A stretch of 63,978 nucleotides of DNA, counting the filler, from Nemertoderma westbladi (lineage: Eukaryota; Animalia; Xenacoelomorpha), in NCBI GenBank assembly GCA_032718475.1. It is 3 parts of 3 records of this genome, joined end to end, with 100 filler letters (N's around TTAATTAATTAA, not from the genome) between each part and the next. Parts side by side here need not be neighbours in the genome. Positions count along the whole stretch, not along the records: positions 1 to 28,651 come from JAUCBJ010007395.1; positions 28,752 to 57,581 come from JAUCBJ010000353.1; 1 more part is not named here. One strand, written 5' to 3'. A program made the translations under genes and the position numbers. A model generated the notes under the pieces. The model ran no database searches. It had not been told where the DNA came from and saw nothing but the letters and a program-made list of their open reading frames with translations. How positions within the stretch are numbered: position 1 is the first letter of the stretch; each line of letters begins with the position of its first letter. Positions 23,816 through 37,615 of the stretch are shown one piece after another.

Positions 23816-26800
23816 TAACACTATATTGCTCCATCTTTTATTAAAGAATTAGACAACAAAAATGTTCCAATTTAAGAATAAAATTACGTAGGCCTATTAC
23901 ATAGGAAACAAAGTAGAATATTTTTTTTCAATATTCTCTCGACCCTGTATTAACCTCGCTAACGCTCGGTAAATAAAATGCCTCAACATAAAACATTTTA
24001 TTCTTAAATTGTTACGTTTTCGCTTGAATATACCGCAAAATCGGGAGAAAATGTTTCACCTTTATTCCCTAGGATCCAATACGAACTCAATATCCAATAT
24101 TGGTTTATGTAGTTAAGCGGCTCTTTAGTTACGTAATAAATATTCGAGAACACTAAATTAATTATTTTAAAATTGAGTAAGGCAACATCTTGTGTTGAAG
24201 AGTACGCCGAAGGAGGAAAGGGTTGCCAAGTGGTCAATTAGTCTCCCCTTGCTTCCATTGTCCTAGTCACAAGGCCATATTTACAGACTATGCTGTGGTA
24301 GAGATAGGATGGCTTTCTATGAATTTGATTTTATATCATACACGGGAGAGGACTGGGCCGAGGTGGGTGGGGGGCATTATTGGTAATATGGCTTAGGGTA
24401 GGGCTACGACATTTAGATTGAGTCTTCATATATTTAGCTAAAGTTAACCTTCCTTTGGCCACCAGTGAATCCTATCTGGTCTGGCCGCTAATGTAACTTT
24501 AACATTTTTGCAACGATTATACATATATTAATTAATAGTGAGATAGTGTGGGCCGTTTCCGTTGTGAGTTAATTCTGGAGGGGAACATTGCCGCCCCCCT
24601 GTTATACGGGCTGGGAGGGGGGCAACTGCCCCCGTGCTTCCGGCGCCCCTTATAATACTGTACATTAAATTCACACTGCTGCATAATTATCCGCAATAAT
24701 CTTCAAGGCCAGTGACCTTCAAGAGGGGTAACAATCTCGTCGCTAGAGAAACATTTGGAGATAACAGTAACACAGGACTTCGGCTTACGTACAGTAGGCC
24801 GAGTCTAATTAATAATTAAAATTAACTTACCACTGTTGATGAGGCCGATCAAGATGATAGCAAGGAGAAGCATTGCGGTGAATTTGTTCGTCTGTTAGTT
24901 GAAGGAAAAATTTAATGAAGTGAATTTGTTTGAATTAAATTTAAATAATGAACCCTAATGTGGTAAATAATTGTTTTCATGCCGGGTATGTTTTGTTAGT
25001 GAAAGTTCGACCTTTATACCAATCACCTTAACGACCAAGTTGTTTCGTTTTCGCACACATGACGACTATCAGAATGCTGAGTTAAGATTTAGGTGTGTTG
25101 ACCTCGGCCTATTGGTTGGATGGGTTCCTCTCACGTTCAAATAAGCCTAATACTGCAATAATGACTATAGTAATAATTATTTTACGTCAATAACTTTGTG
25201 CCAACATTATAATTGGATTGTTAGAGAAGAAGTATTCATTATTATTATTATGCACTCATCAACAACCTTTTGATGTACCTATAATAATGGTGGCCTATAG
25301 TAATAAATAATTATATCAATTACATTGTGCCAACATTTTAAATGTAGGGGGCCCATTAGTTTGAGTTAAAAACATTATCTCATCGCAACGATTTTGGAAA
25401 TTTCTTCTGCGACATTCGCGAATTTATTGAGCAAAATTCCGCCAATTTTGCGATTAAATGAAGCATTTCGATAGGAGTGGAACCTGTGACTGCTCTACGG
25501 ACACGGACAACCCGTGATGGGCTCTAATATTCCGAAGATACCAGGTCTCACCACAACAGTGAAGACATGTAAAAAAATGTTTTAAACCACCGCGTTTTGT
25601 AACAAGAGACAGTAAATAAATTTAATAAACATATTTATATTTTAATTTTGACAGACAAAATGATAAAATAAACATATTTAACATAGCATTTATTTAATGT
25701 TGGGTTCGAAGTACTGCGATACCTAAAAAGTATTTTTTTTGTATTGATAGTTCAAGTATTGATAGTTTTTCTGTCTGACCAGCGACCTGTCAGTCAATGT
25801 AATAGGAATACATACTGCTGATTTCATGTCAGTTTTCATATGTGACGTCACCTACATTGTCTGTTTATCTGTTCAGCTGTCGGTTATATTTTGACGGACT
25901 GACAGAAGCAATTCAGACAGACATGACACAGTTTAATGAGAAAACTGACTGAGAAATGAAATCACCGAACCGGAAAACCCTGGTAACAAAATTCTCAGCG
26001 GGTTGTGTGCATTCCAACATTTCAATGGAGACAATTTAATTACTCTTACCGCAAATTTTAAATTTCATAATACAAAGTCTTATATATCCAAAATTGAACG
26101 AATTCGTGTAAAATTTGGTATTAATGGTGACTGGGTGATGCTTAACACCTCCTATGACCACTTTTTATTTTCTTTGTTGTAGCTGAAAATCTGAAATATT
26201 TACCAGATTAACACAAATGTGTCAATATTTGATCAAAATTGGAAAAATCTGTCAAAAATGTTGCAAAAAATAAGTTTTTTTTAATTATTTTTAAACATGA
26301 GCATTTATCAAAATTCTGGTCATAGGGTCGATTTAGCATGCCATTCTGCACAAATTTTGAGCACATGACCATCCCTCTAATAGCCTTTGCTATTGAAATT
26401 TTTAATGCATAAATTATGTTAATAAAGGCAAAAAAATTTAAAGATTCGAAAAATTTTTTGAATTTTTTTATCCACCTATTGTATACATGTGTACCAAATA
26501 TCAATAAATCAGGGTAAAATGGAGTCTCATTAATAAGGGAACTAAAATCTTTAGTTAATTAGTCACACCCCCCCCCCCCCCCCACACCTTAAAATAACAA
26601 TTCTGAAGAAATGCTGATTGACGATACAGTGTACACCAGTATGAGTATAGAGTACAGGATTACAGGAAAACATTAAGGTAAAAATCCGAATTTTTTTGAA
26701 AGTAAATTGGTCTTCGCTTCACGTGTAGCCATTTATTTGTAGGAAAGAAAGTCCAACTAGTCGTCGGCTATAAATCAGTTAAAAGAGCAAATTCTGTGAA

Positions 26801-26839
26801 TAATAATCGTTTAATAAATAATAATAGTGACACAAATAA

Positions 26840-28570
26840 TTAGGAGATACCGAACGAGTTTATAGAAGGTCCGTCTACGTGTGTTCTAGAACGCGCGCCT
26901 CTAACGGCAGAGCCCTGCACCGCTGATTGCACCTCGTCCATGAAGCTACCAAGATTAAGGACGCTGGTTGCGCCCAACAGTACGCGAACCCCAGAGCCGG
27001 AATTATTAATCGAATGAACCAGCAAACTCTCCTCGAACGTGCAGCCGCCTATTACGAATATAATGAGGTCCTGTGAGCGGTCGCGAGTCATTGCGTTACT
27101 TAGATATGGGTACACAGATTCCTTGAGCTTACCTTTGACAGCGGAGTCTATCACCGTAGCGATCCAAGGTTTGTGCTGTGTATAGATATTCTCGACGCCT
27201 TTCAACCCTTTAAACAACCGTTTGGTTATGTGAATCGGGTTCTCTGTGCCGAATAGGTCCGAGGACCGCACCCGGTGACCGCCGTATTCCAACACCGAGG
27301 CCGTGAGTCTAACCAAACCGGACTCGGAACCGTGGCGTCGCATCGCGTCTAACAAACCCGCGGAGTCGTTGTTAGTATGCCGCTCGTAACGCAGCTGGTA
27401 CAGCGAAACGAGTCGGCAGAAATTCGCGTGGGAGAGTTTATTAGCGGATATGAGCGCGCGTATCTTGTGGAGGGCAGCGGAATGGTCCCCGTGGCAGGCT
27501 AACTCCTGCTCAACCTCAGATACCTCTAAGAGATGGTTCTTCGCTATGAGTCGAGACAGTTCGCCCACTATGGTCACGTGTTTGGCCACTGTCCCGGACA
27601 TCTTTTTGAACTGCGGGTAGGTCTCAAGGAATGCTTTCATATCGCTTATAGATTCCACCTTCTGTTGGCTCTTCGATTTAACCTGGAATTCGTCCATAAG
27701 GGTTTTAATGTTCTGCGCGATTTCTCCGAAGTTTCCGTACATGTTTGCGGCGTAGAAATCGTCCTGGTCCGGGGAGAGAACGACTTCTTTGAGCTCCTTG
27801 GATACACCGGGGACGTCGCTAAGGTCGACTCGATTGTTACGGATACCAAGCAGCTCATGGACCATGGCCTGGTAGGTCCACTGGTTGAGTAACGGAGTCA
27901 CGACGTCCTCGCTGCGGTCCAACACTATGAGAACCGGCTCGGTCTCCGAGCGACGGAAGTCGAACAAACTCGGCTCCTTGTTGATTAAACTGCGCAGCGA
28001 TTCGGCTAGTCGTCTAGCAGTGTCCGAGGAGTTCTGGTAGCGGATGGCCGGACTGAGTTTTAGGGAGAGGAGAACCGCAGCGAGTCCTTGCGTCGCCCGC
28101 AGCAACGCGGCTGACTGCCACTGACTTCGGCCGCGGTAGCATCCGACTAGATTCAACGAGAACAAATGAGGCGCTGCGGCGATGAAGTCGCAGAAATATT
28201 CCGATACTTCGGAAATAACTTCATTTTCATCGGCTTCCGCTAAGAATTTAAGTTCGGTTTTACTGATGACATTGCTGAAGTAAAGGAAGTAACTGCAATA
28301 CCGCGGGCATTTAAGTTCATCCGCGAGGAGGTTTACGTTCTCGTCGGTTGGTCGGACAAACACAACTGCTTTGAGGTGTTTCATCGAGTCTCGTGACCGG
28401 TTATCGAGTTTCTCGAATAGGTATATTTCTTTCTGCAGCATTTCGGACTGTGGGTAGACCATGCTGACGATACTGGTAGTTTCTGTGTCCATAAGCAGCA
28501 CCTTCATCCCGGGTCCGGCCTCCCTAATCATTTTACTTATGTACATACGGACCGCAGCCACCGCATCCAT
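26840..28570 (-). CDS. VPS45: Vacuolar protein sorting 45 (Sec1/Munc18 family), intronless, 576 aa
   Basis: [58 protein letters not shown] motifs; full length. Confidence 0.97.
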   Translation of the reverse strand: MDAVAAVRMYISKMIREAGPGMKVLLMDTETTSIVSMVYPQSEMLQKEIYLFEKLDNRSRDSMKHLKAVVFVRPTDENVNLLADELKCPRYCSYFLYFSNVISKTELKFLAEADENEVISEVSEYFCDFIAAAPHLFSLNLVGCYRGRSQWQSAALLRATQGLAAVLLSLKLSPAIRYQNSSDTARRLAESLRSLINKEPSLFDFRRSETEPVLIVLDRSEDVVTPLLNQWTYQAMVHELLGIRNNRVDLSDVPGVSKELKEVVLSPDQDDFYAANMYGNFGEIAQNIKTLMDEFQVKSKSQQKVESISDMKAFLETYPQFKKMSGTVAKHVTIVGELSRLIAKNHLLEVSEVEQELACHGDHSAALHKIRALISANKLSHANFCRLVSLYQLRYERHTNNDSAGLLDAMRRHGSESGLVRLTASVLEYGGHRVRSSDLFGTENPIHITKRLFKGLKGVENIYTQHKPWIATVIDSAVKGKLKESVYPYLSNAMTRDRSQDLIIFVIGGCTFEESLLVHSINNSGSGVRVLLGATSVLNLGSFMDEVQSAVQGSAVRGARSRTHVDGPSINSFGIS

Positions 28571-28651
28571 TATTCTAATTCAGCAACCAGGTAGGTAGGC
28601 CTAATGGTTCCTAATTCTGTAATTACGGAATTTACAGATTTGCAGAATTAG

Positions 28652-28751
28652 NNNNNNNNNNNNNNNNNNNNNNNNNNNNNNNNNNNNNNNNNNNNTTAAT
28701 TAATTAANNNNNNNNNNNNNNNNNNNNNNNNNNNNNNNNNNNNNNNNNNNN
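28652..28751. other. Artificial assembly spacer (44 N + TTAATTAATTAA + 44 N)
   Basis: Exactly 100 nt with a six-frame stop linker; identical to 57582-57681. Confidence 0.97.
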
Positions 28752-29090
28752 CGAATAAACCGCATCGGCCATCTTTACTCCGCGCTCGGGAGTCAGCTCT
28801 ACAGTATCCGGACTACTGGAGCTGTCAGGCCGCTGAGAAATAAGTTCTCGGCTCGAGTGTTGCTGCTGTTTAACAGCTGCTTCTTGGTCCCGCTTGACTT
28901 GAGCCAGAGTGCCTATGATAGACCTACGGTGTTCTACTAGCCTAGGGTCTGACACTACTACTGTAGGGATGACCTTTCTTACAATAGGAGGGGTCTCAGA
29001 CCTCGGTCTGGGATTCTCTATACTCCTATCTGAGAAACAGACTGTTGTTTCTAGGAGACTATCTGACAGAGTTTGCTTTGTGTCAGCCAT
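28752..29090 (-). CDS. gag: Gag N-terminus of element 3 (partial)
   Basis: IVRKVIPTVVVSDPRLVEHRRSIIGTLAQVKRDQEAAVKQQQH nearly matches ORF 42069. Confidence 0.85.
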
Positions 29091-32000
29091 GTTTGATTGT
29101 ACAGTTGAATGCCTACTGCTATATTACAGTTAAAGCAAGTCTAGTAATTCAGTATCACTGTTAGCCTAGTAATTAATTACCGATATCGTTACTCCATGTA
29201 ACGTGATATATATACAATATATTAGAATACCGGTATACACTTATAGTATATATAAGTATTATTACAGACTAGGTTTGTCACAGAATACCGGTATATAATT
29301 TCAGCACAAATATATAAATATATAATAGGCCTATCGTGAATACCGGTATACAACTCACACTCATAGTATATATATAAGTATAATTATAGACTAGAATTAA
29401 TTACAGAATACCGGAATATAATTTCAGCACAAATATATAGAATATATAATAAGCCTATCGTGAATACCGGTATACAGCTTACACTTATAGTGTATATATA
29501 TAAGTATAATTATAGACTAGAATTAATTACAGAATACCGGTATATAATTTCAGCACAAATATATAGAATATATAATAAGCCTATCGTGAATACCGGTATG
29601 TCAATTATTCTAGAATAATTGAATTTCTGAATTTTAGGGGTTACTTAGTTACTTTACTTTACTTTATTACCGTTATTTAAGCAGTAGTCCAACTGATATT
29701 TAGACCTAATTGTTGTATGACAGGCCTACTATTTTATAAATCGGTTTGAGTTGATTTATAATATATATACCCGTTTAATGGGTTTTTGTCAATATTTGAA
29801 ATAAATGTTATTATTTCTGGGAAGGAGTCACTGCACAGAAGCTGTACGCTCTCAGTGAAGTGCTACTTATTGGACACTAAAACAAATAATTCTACTTGCC
29901 TAAGTTACTTATTACTACAAATTACGTACAATACGGGGTGAGATTACAATCTCTAAATAAACACAAAAATTACACGTACGAATTTTTAGGGTAATTTTAC
30001 AAGAAGTCTACAAACCAGCCTAACAAAGGGTTAGAATATCTGGTTATTACAAACGGACAGGATACTACGGTATTTGAAAATAATAAAGCAGTAGTAAATA
30101 TACTGCGTTGTCCAGATAGGAAAAATACCACCGTCTGACGACTTATAGCCGTAGCGCTATAAGTACTACGTTATGTATCACGGAGTGTTCCTACCTAGAA
30201 GTTAATTACCGCGGCCTACCAGAGCCAACGTGCCTATTAACCACTTTACAACACAAATATACTGCCTACACACTAATTAACTTCGGAAAGCACTGTACAC
30301 TAAACCCTAAATTAGGTACAAGTACTTATACAACAAATAATCGCAGTTAAAATACTTGTACAGCTAAAAGAACCACGGTATCTGCCGGAGTGACCAAAGC
30401 ATAAAATCTCCAGTCTTTACCTACGCCAAACAGCCCTGATGTAGTACCGGGGTTAATTTAACTATAACGGTATATATAACAAGCACAATTACTGTAGGAA
30501 TAAACTTGGGGTATGAATGTTGCGAATAATCGCATAAACTCTGAATAATAAATATTACGCTACCCTTACAGACTACACAAACAAAATACAGACCAAACGC
30601 TGGCAGACTACTATCAAGCCTAAATAAACTACAGTATATGCAGACTCCGAAATGGTTAGTTAGTATGCGTTCTAACCGAGTAGTACGACTTATTCTTTCG
30701 GGGGGATTTACCTTACAGCACTGGATGCCCACCACATTCCTAACTAGTACTTTATCGGACATACACTCTACACACACTGCAATCTCTTCAGACTCAACAA
30801 CAGTCAGACAACAGTCCAGCCTACAAATTACCTGTACAATCTGAGCAGGCTTACACGCCTTCTGCTCAATATTAACCTACAAATAAATAAAACTGACAGA
30901 AATAAGTAAACCATACAAAGGAATAAGGGGTGATCAATCCCTAATCCCCTAACAGCCTACAATATACAATATATCACAATCGAAATAATACTGGTGTACC
31001 TGTACTGCTGTAAGTACCGGTTCGGGTGGTTAGGTAGTTAGGCCTATTGGTTACCGGTCAACCGGTACTTTTGCCCTTTTATTGCCTACGTGCAATAAAG
31101 AAGCTATAACTGTTATTGTTCGCGCTTTTAGACCTTTAGCAGTTTAACCTGCCAAATTTAGGTGTCTTCTAGGTTATAAATCGACTTTAGCCTATGACAA
31201 GTATTTGATTCACATAAAACTACATTAGCCGAAGCCAGCCTATGCGCGACCATTCACCCGCTGGATTTACCCGGGAGACTGGATTCGGAAGCTCTGACCT
31301 TATTGCGGTGTAGGCCTACTGTACTATTCGATTGATCGTTAATATATAATCTCTGACAAATATTATTCACTTTCGGGAAATATTAACAGTTCCTTTAGGA
31401 CGTGGCGCTCTAAGTATGTAAACAGAGTTATGACTTACACTAAACACAACGGGATGGCTAATGATTCACGTATAAAGCGCATTCTTTAGGAGATGCTTTG
31501 TTATCTATCACACTCATGCACACTACCGCACAATGCTGCACACCGATCTGCCGACCTTCACTAATTTTAATCATATATAAGGAGAACAGCAACTGATACA
31601 TGTAGGGTCTATGAAATAGCATTCAATTCACTCCAAAACCAATATAAGGTAAGTCGCAATTGCTATCTGTAACCGGTCTCTCTAACCTTCAGTATATCAA
31701 GAAGATTGGGGTTTTCTGATTATTTATCGATATTCTCCAAATATAACAATATTCCATCAACTGATACAATTAATATCCGACAGTAAAAGCAGTAAAACAA
31801 TGCGGTGAAAGCATAATGCATATGTACTGAGTTGGTTTGATAACAGTTATACGTTTCTATGATCAAAGCCTTCTAATGTTTGGCTAAAGTCTGAAACACA
31901 GAATAATTCCACAGCCGGTGTTCTAGGCTTAGGAAAGATACACACTGACTGAATTGCGTGAGTTTCTATATGCACTGTCCAACACAAAGAAAATCGCTCT

Positions 32001-32274
32001 GATTGGTCGAGTGAGCCGAACAAAGAAAAAGTTACACGTGGACATATCAGCTGATAGATGTCGTCATCGGAACTACACTGTATCAACAGTATTTTGGTGT
32101 ATTGCGACATAAAATCGCTAGTTATGTCCGCTAAAGTACACATACAGAAGAAATGGCTTTTTATGTCCACTAAAACACCTGTACAGTAAGGAAACGGCTT
32201 TTTATGTCCGCTAAAACACCTACAGAGTACTTTGCGGGGGAAAATAACTAGCTAGATCCGCAAAAGCCTTTACA
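28752..32274 (-). mobile_element. BEL/Pao element 3 (relative of element 2): 5' LTR 32274-31117, 5' UTR and gag start; truncated by the gap
   Basis: LTR TGTAAAGGC...AAAGCGCGAACA is homologous to the element 2 LTR; the UTR is colinear with 39805-42068; the Gag N-terminus is clearly homologous to ORF 42069. Confidence 0.9.
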
Positions 32275-33778
32275 ACCTTTAAGTATAATTATTTAAATCT
32301 TATACTAGAAAATAATTAATATCCTTTAAGGAGGCAGGTTGAAATTGATGTTGTTACCCTAATCAACTTAATTAACTATTTAACTGCTATTATCTTAGCT
32401 TCTCGAAGGCCACGCGAAAATTCAACTTGGAAAATTTCTAAACTTTGGCCAGACTACATGTGTACCAAGGTTGGTTAAATTTCATTAACATTTGGCTGAG
32501 GTATTGACGTTTAAAATTGGACACAACAGACACACCGATTGAGTTAGTGGTACCTGTATGCTAAGCTCGCTTACTTTCGTCACCCGCCCTACATTAATAG
32601 GATAAATTGAATTCCAGTTTTGGTAGAGAAATTATTGAAGGGCAATAAGTATAAAAAATATCGGACATTTTGTATCGATGTTATATTTGTGGATTTCATC
32701 CCCAGAAGGCGGGGAGGGGGGGGGGGGTGTGGGGGGGGGGGGGGGGGTGGGAGTATGCTGCGGTATCCACAAACCACCTCCGCTATTACTGGTGGAGGAA
32801 CGCGTTACAGAACAATCGCATTTAATTATTGTTACTAAATGTTAATCAATATCCAATTGACACCTCGACAAAATGTGTTAATTTGCGGGATATTTGAATC
32901 CAATAATTTGTTTTGTTGAGTTTGAAAACTTTTATTTTGTTACATTGTAAAACTAATTTCCATAAAAGGACATTTATGTGAAATTATAATTAATATGCAA
33001 GCATTTTCTTGACAGATTGATAGGCCATAAACGGTTTAGTAAGTTTGATGTTAATTTTAGCAGCTGCGGTGATCAATAACATATTAAACCTACAAACAAA
33101 AAAAGTCAGCCAACGAGACAACTTTCCATCAGGAAAAACAAACACTCATGAAGGAATTCTGGCACTCTCGTCACCGTAGTTACCATTAAACAGTAATTAA
33201 TTTCACTGAGTTCGACCCCATCCCATAGTAATCTAGCTATCTAACTTACGGCTCATATTCACAACGCAATGGTTCCGAGCTACTGTGCAACTCACAAGTT
33301 TAAGGGAAGAATGGCGACCTAACCAAAAGATATATACCAGCATATACCAGTACAGTATAAGTCGTATTTATTATCATGCGTTAGACAATAAATTGTTTGC
33401 GTTCACTTGCCTACCCGTTAGTCACCTTTAAGATGGGGTTTTAATTATTTAATACAGTAATCAACGTACATTTGTCAGCATAGGGTTATCTAACGAAAGT
33501 TCCGAAATACATTTGGGCAGAAAATTTAAAGTCAGAAATATAGTCCGCCGCTTAGTCATTTTAATGAAATGTTAATTTCCCTCATTTGTTAATCATCTCA
33601 ACCCAATCCCGCTGCCATACACCATCTCCTGTAAGATAGAAGAGTTTCTTAATTCCTTCTCGATGAATGAATGAATCGCATGAAAAAGTTCAACCTTCCC
33701 GTTTCCAGCTGCGCAGCTGGGTTAGACCTTACTGTAGCTTAGTCACTCACAACACATTTACACTTTTAACTTTCTGCA

Positions 33779-34368
33779 AAAAACATTTTTGGTGAGATTT
33801 TGCCGCACTGTAAAACATTTTGGCGAAAGTTTGCCGCACTGTAAAACATTTTGGCAAGATTTTACCGCACTGTAAAACATTTTGGCGAGATTTTGCCGCA
33901 CTGTAAAACATTTTGGCGAGATTTTGCCGCACTGTAAAACATTTTGGCGAGATTTTGCCGCACTGTAAAACATTTTGGCGAAATTTTGCCGCACTGTAAA
34001 ACATTTTGGCGAGATTTTGCCGCACTGTAAAACATTTTGGCGAAATTTTGCCGCACTGTAAAACATTTTGGGGAGATTTTGCCGCACTGTAAAACATTTT
34101 GGCAAGATTTTGCCGCACTGTAAAACATTTTGGCGAGATTTTGCCGCACTGTAAAACATTTTGGCGAAATTTTGCCGCACTGTAAAACATTTTGGCAAGA
34201 TTTTGCCGCACTGTAAAACATTTTGGCGAGATTTTGCCGCACTGTAAAACATTTTGGCGAGATTTTGCCGCACTGTAAAACATTTTGGCGAGATTTTGCC
34301 GCACTGTAAAACATTTTGGCGAGATTTTGCCGCACTGTAAAACATTTTGGCGAGATTTTGCCGCACTG
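33779..34368. repeat. 31-bp tandem repeat (CGAGATTTTGCCGCACTGTAAAACATTTTGG), about 19 copies
   Basis: Directly visible; no unique spacers. Confidence 0.96.
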
Positions 34369-34724
34369 TTTTTAAACAAATGTGGGGTTTTGTGGAACTG
34401 TAAAAAAATCAAAGCTGTCAATTGCGCAAATTATTACAATTTATAAACTTACAAAATGAAATAATAATTATTAATAGTAATAATTATTCAAAACTAATTA
34501 AATGACAAAATCAATTTAATTACCGAGGAAAATAATTATATTATCTAATCGGAGTGAAGACCAAGTGAATTAGAGCAACTAGACAGCGGGTCTACGTGGT
34601 AGTGCTACTATATTTAACGCCGTGAAATAAAGTACTTAGTATTCTTAAATCATGATGAACCGCCAATGAAGCACCGAAAGCCGCTAGGAAATATTTGAAA
34701 TAATCGCGATTTAATTAAAAAGAC

Positions 34725-34814
34725 TGCGACTGGAATATTTGCCTCCCTTAGGCTCTTATTGGTTGGATTTGCGACTGGAATATTTGCCTCCCTTAGGCTC
34801 TTAATGGTTCGATT
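34725..34814. repeat. 45-bp direct duplication
   Basis: TGCGACTGGAATATTTGCCTCCCTTAGGCTCTTA(T/A)TGGTT occurs twice in tandem. Confidence 0.8.
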
Positions 34815-35903
34815 TTTCATACTATTCCCAAATATCGGATAAATATTAATTAAAAATATAAACCGATTTTAATTATGTAAATATAATTGCAGTTTTACTA
34901 TAATACAAAAACTAACTGCATCGTTACGGTACATTAATAATTATTTACATAAATCAGTGGAAAGCAGCCCTTTTCAGCGTTATACCCCGAAAATATTTAC
35001 ATAAATAAACGGGTGGATTAAATTCCGAAAGAATTTAGATATGTTTCACACAAATATCGAAAGATGTTTGTAATATTGCAACTGAACGATTAATTAATCA
35101 CCTTAATATTGATATGTTCATGAATTCATATCCATTTACGGAACGAATTGCATTTATTGGCGCTAATTAAAATGTTGGTTGCACAGTGCACACCTACTTA
35201 CAGGGTTCACAGGACAGAGGTTTAGTTGAGCCAATGAGAACGCAATATACCAGCGGCGGCCCCTCTCAGCGAATAAACCGCGCCAATTCAAATCAACCGC
35301 GATGATTTAGGTACTTTATTGGCAGCCCGCGCTCATTGGTAAGGAATGTAAATATTTCGCTTTCGCAAACTTTAATTTTATTGTATCTTTCCCAGTAAAA
35401 GACTCACAGTTACAACCAGATTTAACAACTGCACTTAATAAACAAGCAGAGAGTTTAGGACACAATAAATTATTTTATACTACTAATATCTGTGATACAA
35501 AACAAGAATACACGTCATAATCAAAGCAAAAAGATTTAAGTACTTTACTAGACCTTATAGTTTCATAATAAGTAAAAGTTGTTAAAAAATAATAACAAAA
35601 ATGTTATTAATAAATAGAGGGAACCACTGATTACCACAAAGACACACCAGCAATACTTAATTAGTTACACGAACGAAGGTATTGAGGGAAAACAAATAAA
35701 CAACGAGGATCAGGATACTGTAAAGTAGTTCGTAACAAGTTAATTCTTCAACAAAACTGTCGCAGATATAAAATCTTTCCAATGATATAATGTGTTTTAT
35801 TTCACTTGTTTTACTTTGTGTGTTTTTGTGGTAATTAGAAGTTTTCATACAAATTTAATTTCAAAATAATTTATAAGGAATTAAAAACAAAATGAGGAAA
35901 AAT

Positions 35904-37346
35904 TTAATCGCCGTTAAAAAACACGACAGTGGCGGTTATATCGTCTCGACTCCACCGAACTAGATCGGTCGGTAGGTTGAGCAACTCGGCGACTCGGGTG
36001 GACCTGTAGACGCCGTCCTCCGACTGGCCGAGAGCCTGACGGATGAGATGGGTGGCCGCGTTGCGTTCCTCCCCGCGGCGGTTCAGCACCCGCACCCGAT
36101 CGATCAACCGGTTGTTAACCTCCCCGATAGTCAGCCCGTCCGGCCGGAACTCCGTCTGGCCCTGCCCCTCCAGGAACTCCCCGACCAACTGGACCGCCCG
36201 CTCGCCGCTCATAAACTCCCACAAACCGTCGGACGCGATCACTAGGAACTTATCCCGGGATCCCACTTCGATCTCGCTGATCTCCGGGGTCGCCGTTAGA
36301 TACGGCGGGGTGTGGTAGTTGCTAGGCACCAACCCGTTGGTATTCAACGCCGCTTGGATCCCTAGCAACGTGGATTTACTCCACTTATACTTGACATCCC
36401 CAAAGGACCTTAAAGGCGCCAACTGCCCTAACAACCTCCCGTTCTTTATCAACGTGCTTTCTTCGTTCGGGTGGTCCAGTTGGAGGCGGTTGACTTCATC
36501 CCGATTCTCGGCGTTGTGATCCCGAGTTAATCCGGTGGCCACCCACCCGCCGTCCTCCGTACGGGAACCCAGTACCGCCCTGCAGTCGCCCACATTGCCG
36601 ACATGCAGACGACCCGACTCGGTCGCTAACACGATACAAGCGCAGCTTCCCGAGTAGGCCGTCTTCAAGTAGTCGATGTTAAAGTTTCCCGATTCGTTGG
36701 GCGTCGCTTCCGAACTAATATCGGCGTCCAACGAATCTACTGCAGCGAGGATCGAGTTGGAATGCGAGTCAGGTTGTTCGGAGTCGATTCGCTCTACTAA
36801 ACGACGAATTAAACTCTCTAGAAATACCGTTGAATGTTTTATATCGTAGAATTCTCGCGGGTGTATAAAGTCCTTTATCAGTAGGTTGTGCAGATCCGAT
36901 AAATGAAAGTGTTTACTTATTTCTCTGTGGATTTCCTTTAGTCGACTCCTCGGCAGGAGAGACAGAGCGATATAAGCGAATAATCGTTCGGAGACAGTTT
37001 GAGCGCAACCCCAACCTCCATGCCCATCGAACACGCCGAATAAATAATCGTTAGAGTCGAGCAAGGCGGCCTCCCTGCGTCGGTCCTCGATTGGGTTGTT
37101 GGCGGCGAGTTGGTTGGAATGGAAACCCGCCACAATCCCGGGGGATCCAGTGACCTCCTCGCATTCGTTGGAGCGAAGGATTTTGGATATTTGATCGGAT
37201 GTGAGTTGGTTGCGAACGACGCTCTGTTTGGATTGGAAATGAGAGATTCGGGATCGCTGGTGTTGGAACAGACGCGGCGACGTTTTTAATAGGGGCTTCG
37301 AAAAATAGTTTAACATTAGAGAATTAATTTGAGCGATCTGTAGCAT
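35904..37346 (-). CDS. PDP1: Mitochondrial pyruvate dehydrogenase phosphatase catalytic subunit (PP2C/PPM family), 480 aa
   Basis: Transit-peptide-like N-terminus; SNQLAANNPIEDRR, GVFDGHGG, NVGDCRAVLG, RLLGQLAPLRSFGD, TPPYLTATPEI, ASDGLWE, RDDIT. PDP1 versus PDP2 cannot be resolved. Confidence 0.93.
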   Translation of the reverse strand: MLQIAQINSLMLNYFSKPLLKTSPRLFQHQRSRISHFQSKQSVVRNQLTSDQISKILRSNECEEVTGSPGIVAGFHSNQLAANNPIEDRRREAALLDSNDYLFGVFDGHGGWGCAQTVSERLFAYIALSLLPRSRLKEIHREISKHFHLSDLHNLLIKDFIHPREFYDIKHSTVFLESLIRRLVERIDSEQPDSHSNSILAAVDSLDADISSEATPNESGNFNIDYLKTAYSGSCACIVLATESGRLHVGNVGDCRAVLGSRTEDGGWVATGLTRDHNAENRDEVNRLQLDHPNEESTLIKNGRLLGQLAPLRSFGDVKYKWSKSTLLGIQAALNTNGLVPSNYHTPPYLTATPEISEIEVGSRDKFLVIASDGLWEFMSGERAVQLVGEFLEGQGQTEFRPDGLTIGEVNNRLIDRVRVLNRRGEERNAATHLIRQALGQSEDGVYRSTRVAELLNLPTDLVRWSRDDITATVVFFNGD

Positions 37347-37522
37347 AGTGCTGTTGATCCTCCCCAGTTCGTAAGCTCTAAGTGCTAAGGGCTGAAGGGT
37401 AGGTTAGCAGCTCGGCCTACTGCTGTACTGCTTTACTGCAGTAGTACTGGTACCGCGCGAGAAGAGATTCAAGCAGTCAGGCAGTACTGGAGGTGAATAT
37501 TCGTCACCTTCAATAGTTCAAG

Positions 37523-37615
37523 GCAGCAAGGCGGAGTAGTGGTGGTTGCATTGAATTCCTGAATTCACATCCATCCGGAGGTCGCGTGTTCGATCCAAGC
37601 AAGGGGTCGGGCCGG
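37523..37615 (+). mobile_element. Probable tRNA-derived SINE head; body likely continues at 50980-51190
   Basis: A-box-like GGCGGAGTAGTGG and B-box GTGTTCGATCC; the sequence beyond the far TIR ends in a CTTTACTTTA tail. Confidence 0.45.

Larger units (their letters stand above)
1395..24873 (-). pseudogene. Ly6/uPAR (three-finger)-like GPI-anchored gene; coding exons 24873-24831, 18968-18817, 15953-15726, 1643-1395; two in-frame TAA in exon 2
   Basis: All junctions are GT-AG with matching phases (1,0,0); 672 nt spliced. Signal peptide MLLLAIILIGLINSALG, then IKCY, terminal CCDTDDCN and a hydrophobic GPI-type tail. Stops at 18907-18909 and 18889-18891. Confidence 0.8.

Noticed and set aside
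28652-28751. TTAATTAATTAA motif, and element 3 apparently inserted in the VPS45 promoter
   Set aside because: Artificial spacer; adjacency across it is unproven.
33747-34421. 31-bp repeat as a CRISPR array or repeat protein
   Set aside because: Head-to-tail units with no spacers, no cas genes, eukaryotic context; open in all three frames.
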